From: Psammoneis japonica
Taxonomy: Eukaryota
Direction of reading: 5' to 3'
DNA: 64,000 nt
Assembly (NCBI GenBank): GCA_008632985.1
Contig: QPGO01000069.1
Location: forward strand, 62,001-126,000
Shown: piece after piece, positions 12,363 to 23,107 of the stretch
Numbering within the stretch: the first letter of the stretch is position 1
How the letters are laid out: each line of letters opens with the position of its first letter
Translations under genes and position numbers: made by a program
Notes under the pieces: generated by a model
What the model was told of the DNA's origin: nothing
Databases searched by the model: none
The model's input: only the letters and a program-made list of their open reading frames with translations

Positions 12363-13099
12363 TATGTGTCGAATGTTTCAAACTCGTGTTCGAAACGACT
12401 GGGCCCGTAGAAATCACGTAGAAACTGTACTGGGGCTTTTTGAATACCCCAAGTGCGGCCGGCAGAGGCAGAAGAGCCTGCTGTGAATGACAGTCTCGTT
12501 TCCAAAGCGAAACCACCTCAGCCCAATTTCGCTAAAGACGATCAACGATGCTTAGGTCGGTCTTGGAGGGGTTTTACCGGGATCGAACGTCACAGTCGTG
12601 CACCTCTCTTGCTTGGTTAGCACACAAAAGAACACAGCGCGCTTGTTCGTGAGTGGTTCGATGATGCCAAACGCGAGCACGCAAGGCGTGGTTGCTTTTT
12701 GAAATTATTTTGGCCATCAGTACAAATCCTACGTACGCAGCGCGTGCGTGCGTTGCATTTGAACTGAATATGACTATGGTGATTTCAGAAGGGACACTAA
12801 GGTTCAAGTTGAATGTACAATATTTGTGAATATATAAGTAAATATGGATGTGGCACATCCCACCAACCGCCAGAAAGATCGAAAGTGACGTCATGTGTAC
12901 GACTTTGTGACTGACGAATGACGAACGAAGCACAGATTTCTTCTTGAATCACGTTCTTATCACGATGGACCTGACAACAATGTGAATGTTTTCTGTTTTA
13001 GAACTCTCGATTACGCCCCTGTTCCTTACGGAAAGGACAGCTTAGAAGGCATTTGTCTAATCTTTTAGCGTTTAAATTATTTCTGCAGCTGCAACAACG

Positions 13100-14242
13100 A
13101 TGGATTTCGGGTCACTCCTGAATCAATTTCAACAGGATGCGAAAAAGGTGTCTTCCAACAACAATCGGTCGAGATCACCAACGGATAATGATACAGAGGC
13201 ACGCAAGCGACAACGTCTTGAACGAGATGTATCGTCCTTTCCTCCTGTTTCTGCAATTTACTGTGTATGTCCGGCTGGAGTACAAACAGGTGGTCCCGAA
13301 GCGCTCCATCAGTTCTGTGACAAAGTTAATTCTTCTGAGAAGAGCGTCAAGGCCTTTATGTTGTACGTCCGATCCAATGGCCGAACTGTATCATTTGCAT
13401 CCCGTGCAAATAAACCAGTAGCATATCATCATTACAATGCTACTACAGCAAAGTGGAATGCTCTAGAGAGTGAGTCGCGAGATCACCTCTTGATTTGGCC
13501 AGAGTGCTGGACGGACGAAATGCTGCAATACATGGATTCGGGAGGCAAAAGTCAGTGTGCGATTTGGTGGCTCAGTGTCAACAACAATACTCGACGATTT
13601 CAAGAATGGAAACGAAACGACATTGTACATTTGTACCAAAGCGAATACGCCAAACAGCACCTCAAGACAAATGGTGCTTCTCATATTTTTCCCTTGACCG
13701 AGTACATTCGAGAACAACCGCCTCCAGATCCAGGAGCGAACGAAAAGGAGACTGGCAGATTTATAGATGTCTTGTACAATACAGTCAAGGGATTGCATTG
13801 CACGGACGAAATTATAAACCGCAGTGGCAAATCCATCAAGTTTCGACCGATTGGAGGAGGCGTCGACGGTCGCACACGCATCTCTCCAGAGGAGGTACGG
13901 AAGCTCTTGGCACGGGCAAAGATATACATTGACTTTGGACCGCATCCAGGAATGGATCGGTTGCCGCGAGAGGCAGCCCTGGCGGGATGTGTTGTTGTGA
14001 CAAACATGGAGGGTGCTGCTCAGTATAACCAAGACGTTCCGCTCCCGGCAAAGTACAAGGTCAAGTCATTCAACGTGGATAATATTCACAAATTGCTTCA
14101 AGACGTGTTACAGAATTTTGAGGAACGATCGAAGGATATGGAGGAGTATCGAAATTGGATCCACGGCCAACAGGAAAAAATGGTCGAGTGCGTCGAGAGT
14201 TTACTAACCCAGCTCACAGAAAACCGAAAAAAGAAAGGATAG
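13100..14242 (+). CDS. Putative GT-B-fold glycosyltransferase (bacterial-like family)
   Basis: Intronless 380 aa ORF with TGGPEALHQ, IWPE, IWWLSV, HLYQSEYA and AKIYIDFGPHPGMDRLPREAALAGCVVVT. Confidence 0.7.
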   Translation: MDFGSLLNQFQQDAKKVSSNNNRSRSPTDNDTEARKRQRLERDVSSFPPVSAIYCVCPAGVQTGGPEALHQFCDKVNSSEKSVKAFMLYVRSNGRTVSFASRANKPVAYHHYNATTAKWNALESESRDHLLIWPECWTDEMLQYMDSGGKSQCAIWWLSVNNNTRRFQEWKRNDIVHLYQSEYAKQHLKTNGASHIFPLTEYIREQPPPDPGANEKETGRFIDVLYNTVKGLHCTDEIINRSGKSIKFRPIGGGVDGRTRISPEEVRKLLARAKIYIDFGPHPGMDRLPREAALAGCVVVTNMEGAAQYNQDVPLPAKYKVKSFNVDNIHKLLQDVLQNFEERSKDMEEYRNWIHGQQEKMVECVESLLTQLTENRKKKG

Positions 14243-14345
14243 CAATCTGGTTCCAGCTAAATGCTGTATCTTATACCATAAAATCTAAGTCGCCCAGTTA
14301 TTTCTCTTGCACACGGCAGGCTGTGATCACGTCACCGAAAAAACA

Positions 14346-14651
14346 TTATTGGTAGTACCTGAAGAACAAACATGCCGAAGGTTAGCGCTTGAAATCGAGA
14401 TTATCCGCACACACATCATGGCTGAAAAGCAGCATAACTTACAGCTCCAAACTCATTCCATCATGAATTTCATAATCTTCCAGTGTTATATGGTCCTTAT
14501 ATATTGTGTACCACTTTTGAATCTTGAGCTTCTCGGGTCGTGTTCCCAATTGCGCCGCCGCAAGCTTTTTTAAGTCACCTATTGTATCGTCTTCATTGCA
14601 TTTTACTCGAACCTTCTTCCCCAAACGATCATTCAGGAGCACTTCAATCAT
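14346..14651 (-). CDS. UBL5: Ubiquitin-like protein 5 (Hub1); intron 14359-14442
   Basis: [30 protein letters not shown]...HDGMSLEL. Splicing GTAAGT..CAG adds the conserved terminal YYQ*. Confidence 0.97.
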
Positions 14652-15187
14652 ATTTTCGAATCAGACGTGCGCTGTCCTCTGATTGTGCGGTGAGATATAA
14701 AGCAGTTGCCAGTTGCAATGTGTAAAATGTGTTGTTGCTGTCGGTTACAGAGAGATGAAAAATGAAAAATCCAAAAATGCCGGTTTGGCCAAGTTTGGCC
14801 TTTTGTCTTCGAGAGTTTTCGCGCGCGGACGGACGCATGACGAACATCGTCTTGCTCTACATGCATGTTCTTCATCACTGAAGGCTATGAAATGGAAAAA
14901 TCGGAGTCGGAATATGTTATTCAACGTTTTAGGTTGGATTTAGATTTTTACTTATGACGGGGTGAAATTTCATGCACGTGGCGTAGATTCTACGTAAAAA
15001 ACAGCTGGCTCCGTTGAACTTGCAATTTGTCGTGACATGCAGCCAATCACAAACTCCGGAACCATAAAAAAAAGATCGCGCGACTCCGCCTACAAAAAGT
15101 ACGATTCGCGATGTGCTCACAATTTCCAACTGCTTCGCTTTTTACGCAATTGCAAGTTCTTTCTGACTGTCTTGCAAGTGATACTGC

Positions 15188-16633
15188 ATGATGTCAATAA
15201 TACGCAGCGGGAGTGCCATGATTATTGCTGTGGCGCTCTGTGCATTGAATCGCAATGTTGATGGGTTCGCAACAAATAGCAGAATGCCGTTTTTGCGAGC
15301 TAGTTCAATTCTTTCTCCAACGGATGCAACACACGCATATGTTCCATGGACTGTGTCTACCAGGTTGAATGTCGCCACGAGTACGCCTACAACCACTCAA
15401 AGCCTCAACCTTACAGATTTGCTGCCGTCACAGTTCCCTTTTCTTGAACAACCCGATGTTCTCTCAGAGCTTGATCTTTCGAGCCGGTACCCCAATCCTT
15501 GGAACATTGACTTTGTAGATGCAGAGGAGGTGACAACAAGCGACGACGAATTTGAAGAAGAAATGTCAGCAAATGACATGCCTCTCTTCGTGAACATGCT
15601 GCGCGGTTCGGGTAGTTACATTGCGGAGCACCTCGACCAGGTAGCAGTCTTTCACATTCCTGGAGAAATGATTGATACTAAAGGCTTCTCCAACCTGATG
15701 GACGACATTGCACTCTCTTGGTTGCTTGGAATCAAGATTGTCATAGTCCTTGGCAATCGGTTCAGCAGTGATGTCTGTCCCGCCTTTGATCATGGCCACG
15801 AATGCCAGAATTCGCTTCGCGTCCTGGACGAAGAGACGACTCACGCTCTGGAAGAAGACGCTGGATTCGTTCGTTTCGAGGTGGAGCGCCAACTGAATCG
15901 ACGTCTTCGTCTCAACAATGGACAGGCCGGATCCGATCGGAAAGATGCCCCAGCTCCCAATGGCAACGTCTTGAGTGGCAACTTTTATACCGCGAAACGC
16001 TATGGTAAAGTTCTTGGTGTCGACTACGAGTTCTCGGGTGTGCCCGACCGAGTCAATGCCGAGAAGATCAAACAAGCCCACAAGAAAAACGACGTGGTCC
16101 TTCTCACCACCGTCACCAACAGCCGTTCGGGTGAACTTGTCAACGTCAATGGCAATCACTTGGCGGCCTATGTTGCTGCAAGTCTTGGAGCATCCAAGCT
16201 GATTTACTTTTCGAACGAGAGCTTGGTTCTTGTTGACAAGGAGACAAACAAGCACATTCAAGACCTGCCTCTTAGTGTAGCAAAGTCGCTTGTCGACTAC
16301 TACAATGTCCACATACATCAGGCTGGCTTTGCTTCCTTTGAAGATGCTCAAGAGGTTCTCGACCCTCCCGCCGTTGAGAAGCTATTGCATCTCGGATGGA
16401 GTGGCTGGGCACTTGACAACGGGGTCAAGCGTGCTCACATTGTCGGCCCTAGCGATGGGGCACTCCTAGAGGAGCTCTTTAGTGCCAAGGAGGGTGCAAA
16501 CACTTGCATCATGCACGATGACGATGGAATAGAGGAAGAAGAAGAGACGATTGATTTCGAAGGGTTCCCCAACTTTGTGGAACCTGCTACCCGCGAGAGC
16601 TTTGCTCCAAGAGACGCACCGCCGTTTAGCTAA
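15188..16633 (+). CDS. NAGS-like amino-acid-kinase-domain protein lacking the GNAT domain; probable plastid presequence
   Basis: Aligns by eye with the AAK half of the NAGS at 5431-7347 (MDDIALSWLLG, AGFVRFEVERQL, GNVLSGNFY, GVKRAHI, GALLEELF). It then ends in an acidic tail. The N-terminus is signal-like (IIAVALCAL...DGF). Confidence 0.85.
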   Translation: MMSIIRSGSAMIIAVALCALNRNVDGFATNSRMPFLRASSILSPTDATHAYVPWTVSTRLNVATSTPTTTQSLNLTDLLPSQFPFLEQPDVLSELDLSSRYPNPWNIDFVDAEEVTTSDDEFEEEMSANDMPLFVNMLRGSGSYIAEHLDQVAVFHIPGEMIDTKGFSNLMDDIALSWLLGIKIVIVLGNRFSSDVCPAFDHGHECQNSLRVLDEETTHALEEDAGFVRFEVERQLNRRLRLNNGQAGSDRKDAPAPNGNVLSGNFYTAKRYGKVLGVDYEFSGVPDRVNAEKIKQAHKKNDVVLLTTVTNSRSGELVNVNGNHLAAYVAASLGASKLIYFSNESLVLVDKETNKHIQDLPLSVAKSLVDYYNVHIHQAGFASFEDAQEVLDPPAVEKLLHLGWSGWALDNGVKRAHIVGPSDGALLEELFSAKEGANTCIMHDDDGIEEEEETIDFEGFPNFVEPATRESFAPRDAPPFS

Positions 16634-16754
16634 ATGCTTGCTACGCAATTTCCATATTGAAGGATGGCTTTTGATAATTCATCTGTTAGGTTTTATAAAA
16701 TAGATTTTAGACATTGGATATATTACTTACAGATTGTGTTTCTGAACGTATCTA

Positions 16755-17420
16755 AACTAGGCAGAACAGTGCATAAGTCGATCTATCCAGACGATAGTTG
16801 CAATAACAGTGCATGTGCTGAAGTAGGAGTTCAGCTTCTCTTTCTCATCTCGCTTGACAGATAAGCTGGAAATGAAAGATCGACTTTTCAGGTCAACGAG
16901 CCGAGCACAGAGTTGGGACTATGAGTTTAATCTCAGTTTTGCGACACGGTTGCACCGTAATCAAAAACTCGTCATCTACCTCAAGTAGAGCTGGCCTATT
17001 GTACAGAAAGGTGCCGTTTCTCTCTTTTCCATAGCCATGCTCAACTCAGGGGCTAAGAGAGAGAGAGAGTCTATCTCTATATGTACTCTTATTACCAGAC
17101 TCGGCAAGACAGAACAGCGCATCGGAGGATTTATCCAGACGACAGTTGCACCATGCATGTGCCAAAGTATGCATTCAACTTCTCTTTCTCATCTCGCTTG
17201 ACAGATGAGCTTGCGATGAACGATCGACTTTCAGGTCTACGAGCCAAGCACACAGTTGGGACTCTAGGGCCCTAGGAGTTGAATCTCAGTTAATCAAAAA
17301 CTCGCCCTTTACTACCTGCAGTAGAGCTGGCCTACCGTACAGTAAGGTGCCGTTTTTCACTTTTCTATTGCCATGCTCAACTCAGAGGACACAGACTCTA
17401 GGAGAGAGAGTCTACCATAT
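16755..17420. repeat. Diverged non-coding tandem duplication, two ~340 bp units
   Basis: Shared blocks TATCCAGACGA, CTTCTCTTTCTCATCTCGCTTGACAGAT, GTTGGGACT, TAATCAAAAACTCG, GTAGAGCTGGCCTA, AAGGTGCCGTTT and GCCATGCTCAACTCAG occur in both ~16755-17085 and ~17096-17420. Confidence 0.9.
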
Positions 17421-17778
17421 CTCTTTAAAGTAGGGCCCTCTACTTACTAGAGGCCTCTACCGTACCGTACTCGGCACTGGAAGTATTGTCTACAGTAGCC
17501 CTTGCTTGCTTTCACGAAATTTGAAATTGAAAATTCAATATGTAATTCAGCATTGAAGATAATAAAAAGCTTTCTTGGCTTCTGATTGGCTGAGTCAGTC
17601 ACCCATGTTCGGTCGGCTCTGACGATCGATTGACGATGACGAGCGAAAATAAATCACAACCTTCTTTGCGGCCGACCATCACCTTGATAAAAATAATCAC
17701 CGTTCCCGACGCATAGTTTTGTTCACCCGTTACTCTTTATGAACCTGTGAAGACGGAATCAATACGACAACATCTTCC

Positions 17779-19586
17779 ATGGCCAGAAGAATTATTACTC
17801 GACGTCCACTGACTGCTGCAACCATCTCAGGCGTTTCGACATGTTGCTTGTATGCACAGTACGTTGAATCGAGGACCAACCAACGAGATGCAGAGGTTCT
17901 TGCCGATCATTTTTCGTTGGGTACGACGGAAAGGTTTCCTGGTATGTTGCTCTTTCTCACTCCTCTCTAATCTATTCTCTTTTTCTTTATCCTTTCCCCC
18001 CTCAAACAGACTCTGGATTACCACGTCGCTACGACAGAGAGGCTTTGGAAAAATATTGGTCTGGCAGGCCAGTCAGCGTGGCAAAGCGATTTTTCACTGT
18101 AGCCAGTGAACTGGGACCGCGTCTTGGGGCCTATGTGTGGGATTATCAACTGTTTGCTCTCCCGCCCTTGGGAGCTCACGAGGAGTCTGCAAAACAGCGA
18201 CTCCATGCAGAGAAACTGCGAATTGCACTGACTAATTTAGGTCCAGCGTTTGTCAAGGCCGGTCAACAACTAAGTATTCGACCGGACCTTGTACCACCCG
18301 GCGTTTTGAAGGAGCTGCAAAAGTTGTGTGACGCCGTTGAACCAATCCCTGACTCCGTGGCCTGGAAGCTCATGAGAGAAGAGCTTCACTGCAATGATTT
18401 GTCGGAAATATTTGAAGACATGCACCTGGTTGCTTCGGCAAGCTTGGGACAAGTGTACAAGGCCAAGATCCGGGGAACGGGAGAAGAAGTTGCCATCAAG
18501 GTCCAGCGTCCGGATATGAAGCGAAGCGTTAGTCTCGATTTGTATCTTTTGCAAAAGTACGGTGCGTTCTTGGATGCATTTTGCACTACATTTACAAAAC
18601 AGCCGCCGTTTCACAAGGCCCTGTTTGACGATTTTTCCCGAGGCACCTATTCGGTAAGTTCTGCAGCATACCAAACGATGTGAAGTTGCTAGCACACTAA
18701 GAGTTGCTAACTTTCCTGCGCAACAATCGTTTCTTTGTCATACACAGGAACTCGATTACGAGAATGAAGCGGCTAACCAGTTGCGGTTCAAAACAGAACT
18801 AGCTCGACGCAAGTGCAAAGTCGTGATACCCTCCGTTTTCACGGAACTTACAACACAGCGTGTTCTAACAACAGAATGGATCAACGGAATGAAGTTGGCC
18901 GATGCGCCAAAAGAAACAATTCGTGAGCTGATCCCTGTGGGCGTGGAACTCTTCTTGACACAGCTCCTTGACATTGGTGCTTTTCACAGTGACCCTCACC
19001 CCGTAAGTTGACGAAACCAAGTTGTCGATCCTCGAATTATATACAATGACGCTTACTCGGTTTTTGTTTCTTTCAGGGGAACTTGTACGTTACGAATGAC
19101 AACACCCTCTGCCTTCTTGATTTTGGATTGTGCGCGGACGTGGAAGAAAGTGCTCGACGTGCCATGACAAAAGCAATTGTACATCTCTTGACAGGTGACT
19201 TTGACACGCTTGTATCCAGTGATGCAAAAGAGCTGGGCTTTCTCCCGCACGACTTAGACACCAAGGATCTTCAGCCCATTCTTACAAAAATTCTGACGGA
19301 TGGTCTGCTCGAATCTGGATCAAACCTGCACAATAGGAAGCGGAAACTGATGGAGATATCAAACGAGTTGAATGAAGTCTTCTTTCGGTACCCATTTAGT
19401 GTACCTCCCTTTTTTGCACTCGTTACACGTGGACTTGGTTTGTTGGAGGGCATCGCACTCAGTGGTGATCCTGACTTCGATATATTTCAGGCAAGTTATC
19501 CTTATGCGAGGCGTAGAGCAATAAGCCTCATGGGTGCTCGTGGCTTCAATCGCGTGATGAGATCACATACCAACAGCGGAACATGA
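17779..19586 (+). CDS. ABC1/UbiB-family atypical kinase; introns 17942-18009, 18654-18747, 19003-19076
   Basis: LGPAFVKAGQQLSIRPDL, VASASLGQVYKA, VAIKVQRP, ELDYENEA, FHSDPHP|GNL and LLDFGL. Canonical GT-AG introns restore a single frame. Confidence 0.93.
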
Positions 19587-19818
19587 AGAGTGCTTTATAC
19601 CTAGACTACATATTTTGTCTATCTAGAGAGTGAGTTGGAGTAAACTGGACAATCTCAGATCAGACACACGTTCCACCCACGATCCTGTTGGCGACCCAGA
19701 TACTTTCCATCGACGAACTGTCCTCCCATATCTGTCGCGGCATGTGGAAAAAACATAAGACAATTTTCCTTATTTGGAAGGATTCTCTCTACGGAATCTC
19801 CACGCTTCAATATGACGT

Positions 19819-20523
19819 CTATTCCGTTTCGGTAATATGAAGATTTGCGCGGACCTGTTGGGGTACTTCGAGTACTGTTTCAGTTTGGCCGCCAGGCCAA
19901 AGAAGCCTTGTCGCCTCCGAAATGGGAACATCTTTGTCTTGCAATGCTTGGGCGGCAGCTCGGAAATCTTCGGTAACGTCTGTAATTTTCTTGACTACCT
20001 GTGGGTCCAAGAGAATTTTGTTGGCGGGAGGTCGCAGTCCAATTTGAATGGACCGCTGCATCGGCAACGGCCGTGTAAGTACCTGGCCTTCTGAAGCATT
20101 CTTGTTCATGACACGCTCGGGGTCCCACTGCACAACGACACTGCTGTCACGACACTTGCGCTTATTCTTTCCGTTGTGTTCGCTGAGTACAGCCTGTTCC
20201 AACAATTCTTCGAACTTGGATCGGTCAATATCGATTGCCAAGACTCGAGATTGGTTCGAATCCTTCAGTACGGTCCAGCCGCATCGATACGCCATCCACA
20301 CCTTGCTTGGCTTGATCCACGTCATCCGATGGGTCGACCACAGGCCGGATTCGGCAGCGGGTTGAAACGACTGTGCTTTCACTACCAAGTCGGCAATATC
20401 ATTGTTGTAGGCTTGGTAAAGTCGTACCGTGTCATCCGTGTGGACGGCTCGGATCAATCGTGTCGTTGTTACACCGGTTTTTGTAGTCTGGGTATTGCTG
20501 CTGTGGTTCGTAGCTTTTCCCAT
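19819..20523 (-). CDS. DUF4291-family protein
   Basis: IRA...DTVRLYQAYN, RMTWIKPS, WMAYRCGW, VVVQWDPER and RSIQIGL motifs. Confidence 0.8.
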   Translation of the reverse strand: MGKATNHSSNTQTTKTGVTTTRLIRAVHTDDTVRLYQAYNNDIADLVVKAQSFQPAAESGLWSTHRMTWIKPSKVWMAYRCGWTVLKDSNQSRVLAIDIDRSKFEELLEQAVLSEHNGKNKRKCRDSSVVVQWDPERVMNKNASEGQVLTRPLPMQRSIQIGLRPPANKILLDPQVVKKITDVTEDFRAAAQALQDKDVPISEATRLLWPGGQTETVLEVPQQVRANLHITETE

Positions 20524-20770
20524 AGAGTTTGCCTTTCTACCTTTTAAAAACTAATAGAAGAACTCTTTGCAACCCTAGTTCTCTGTGACTCTGAGCCAAT
20601 GGCGAGGATCGAAAAAGAGGAAGTGGAATGAGAACTGGATGGTCGCTGAGATGGTAAGACGTGCTCGTATGATACGGTCGGTACGGTGGCGCTGCGAGAT
20701 GGTGAGACGTACCTTGAGTCGTGCCAAGCGCGACGCGCTTTGAGTCGTGGAGTATGATGGTGCGTTGGGC

Positions 20771-20895
20771 CCTCTCTATCTGCTCTTCTCCTCTAGAGAG
20801 AGAAGTAGCTAGAGAGTAGAGAGAGCTGCTAGTAGAGCTGCTAGCTACTAGAGAGTAGCTACTCTAAAGAGTAGAGTAGCTCTTGCTCTCTAGAG
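20771..20895. repeat. Low-complexity CTAG/TAGAG/CTCTA tract
   Basis: CTCTAGAGAGAGAAGTAGCTAGAGAGTAGAGAGAGCTGCTAGTAGAGCTGCTAGCTACTAGAGAGTAGCTACTCTA... Confidence 0.85.
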
Positions 20896-20919
20896 TGGCC
20901 AACTAACGAGTCTAATCAG

Positions 20920-22075
20920 AAAGGTGCCAAAATCGCGACATTCGAGTTTCAAAGAGCAGCCACACAAAAAACAAGAAACCTGTGAAAACTTGTGGCTTCT
21001 CTCCACAAACAAGTTGAGGGGAGTGCAATGGAGTGGTCCAAACACGTTGTTGTGTGAAATGTCCAAGTTTCCATCATCCGGGAGAGGGCTCAAGTTGGCA
21101 AGCCGACTTTGGCGATTTGTGTGGAAAACATGCTGAGCTCCACGTGTGCAGAATCTGGCTCACTTTTGTGCCCGCACCACCTCAATGACTGTGGAGTTGG
21201 TTTGGCAGGGTTTTACAACCTTGAAGTCATTGCATGCAAAGACCACTGAATCATGTGGTGTCCCAGCCACTTGCTTCAATCTTGAATCACGGCTCCAGTT
21301 TGACCAGAAAAAAATCGTGCAGCCAGACAAAACCAACACATGAAAACAAACCAAATCAACCCACAAAAGCTGCTCCAATTGTTGTTGAGTTCCAAGTGGA
21401 GCAAAAGTGCAAAATTGCCATGCAGCACTTCTTCCGGCAGATTGCTTCCACTGGGGTGTGACGCAAATCATGCTGCTGGACCGCAAGGACACATTGCCAA
21501 ATGAACCCAAAATGAAATGAAACAAATCAATTGTGCATGGAAATGGTTCACACAAAAGTCATTCCAACTGTCTTTGATGAGATCCAAGTCAAGCTGTTGT
21601 GCAGAGTTGACATGACGTGGTTCCACCCCACACTGCCTTGCTCGCTGCTCAAATGCCTTGTGCGTTTTTGGTGGGGGAAAGGTTTGGCAGCAAAATGGAG
21701 CATTGGTTGTTGCTGTGTAAGTTGTGAGAATCAAGTGAGAACAGCAGCAAAAACCAAAGGAAGGATTTTTTGTCCATTTTGGGGTTTCCCTCACCTCTCT
21801 TTTCATTGATGCACTTGTCAGAGAAAAATGCAGCATGTCACGCATGTTGGCAATTTTGGCAGGAAAAGGTCTGGCGGCAAAATCGAGCATCGGTTGAGCC
21901 TCACAGTGTTGATGATGTGTTGTTTTTGTTGTTGCGGCACTCGTTGCTCATTTGTGTCGAGGGAATCAAGAGGATTCTCCTCCTCAGGCGTCCTTGTCAA
22001 ATTTGTGCCAAAACGAACCTTTGCTTTTTCTGCTTTTTGCTTGTCCTCATCAAAATGGAAGTGCGTCTCATCAAA
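20920..22075. mobile_element. Decayed repeat/TE relic, TpA- and CpG-depleted (family not identifiable)
   Basis: Abrupt compositional switch with very few TA dinucleotides, excess TG/CA, no Tyr in any translated frame and no intact gene. Confidence 0.55.
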
Positions 22076-23107
22076 TTCTACAGAAGTTCCAGCATAAATC
22101 CCACACGTTTTATAGAGAGCTACCTACGTAGCTGGACGATTGCCGATTGTTCATAGATTTTTTAGGATAGTTGTTCACTCCTGCGGACGTCATGGGCCAT
22201 CACGCACGCACATCACGCAAATCTATTCAAACGGTTGCTTGCCATCCGGTCTGTACGTATGCCGTACAGTACGTATCGAATTTGTCTTCCGATATTTTGG
22301 AATTTTCGAGGCGGAGGAAACAGCAGGAAAACGAGAGCCTGTGGCCCGCCTGTTAGGGACCGGCTAAATGCGCTGTGCGCATTTTTGAGTTTTTGGGGCT
22401 CATTTTGCGCTAAATGCGCAAAAATGCGCTTGTACGTAGAAACGTACCAGGATTCTACGTGGTGTCACACCGAAACGTTGCAACCTGCTTGTGATGAGCT
22501 AGCAACTGCACAGAAGTAATTAGAAACAAGTGACAGCCATAAAACTCACTATTACATACATTTGCAGCTATTACCTACTCAAGCAAGTGATGGTCTTTGC
22601 CGTGCAGTCGTTCAAACATGAGGATCTCAAGAATCTCGTGCAGGGTCTGGCCACGGGCAATGGATTTGTGCGGTTACGGTTGGTGAAGCTCGAGGCAGCG
22701 CGCAGAACGCGCGCAGTTAGTGTTGGAGGGAGGCTGTGACGTCATCGATCAGTACTGTATCTACGCAGAAACACGTAGCCAGTTTCAGCGCATTTTTGTG
22801 CGCAAAACCTGGTTTCGACGAGCGCATTTAGCCGGTCCTTACCGCCTGTGGCCTGTGGCCTGTGGCTGCTTGACCATGATGGTCCTGTCCTGTCGTTACC
22901 CTGCTAGACCATTTCCAATCAACCTACGAGTAATCGGGTAGATTGCTCTTTGATACTCTCATAGAGAAGTGGTGGAGAGCCTGGAGGAAATCAGTTTGAA
23001 CGGTACCACAAGCTGCGACGCAGGACGCGCAAAGCATACCTACCTCACATCGTATTAGTGTTGGTACGGATTCAAAGCTTCTCAGCCTAGTCAGTGGTGG
23101 GATAGAA

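Noticed and set aside
12886..12895. TGACGTCA (bZIP/CRE-like) palindromes here and at ~22737 and ~41216
   Set aside because: They are plausible promoter sites, but an 8-mer alone is insufficient evidence.
15566..16351. 261 aa minus-strand ORF
   Set aside because: It is antisense to the NAGS-like gene and has no motifs.
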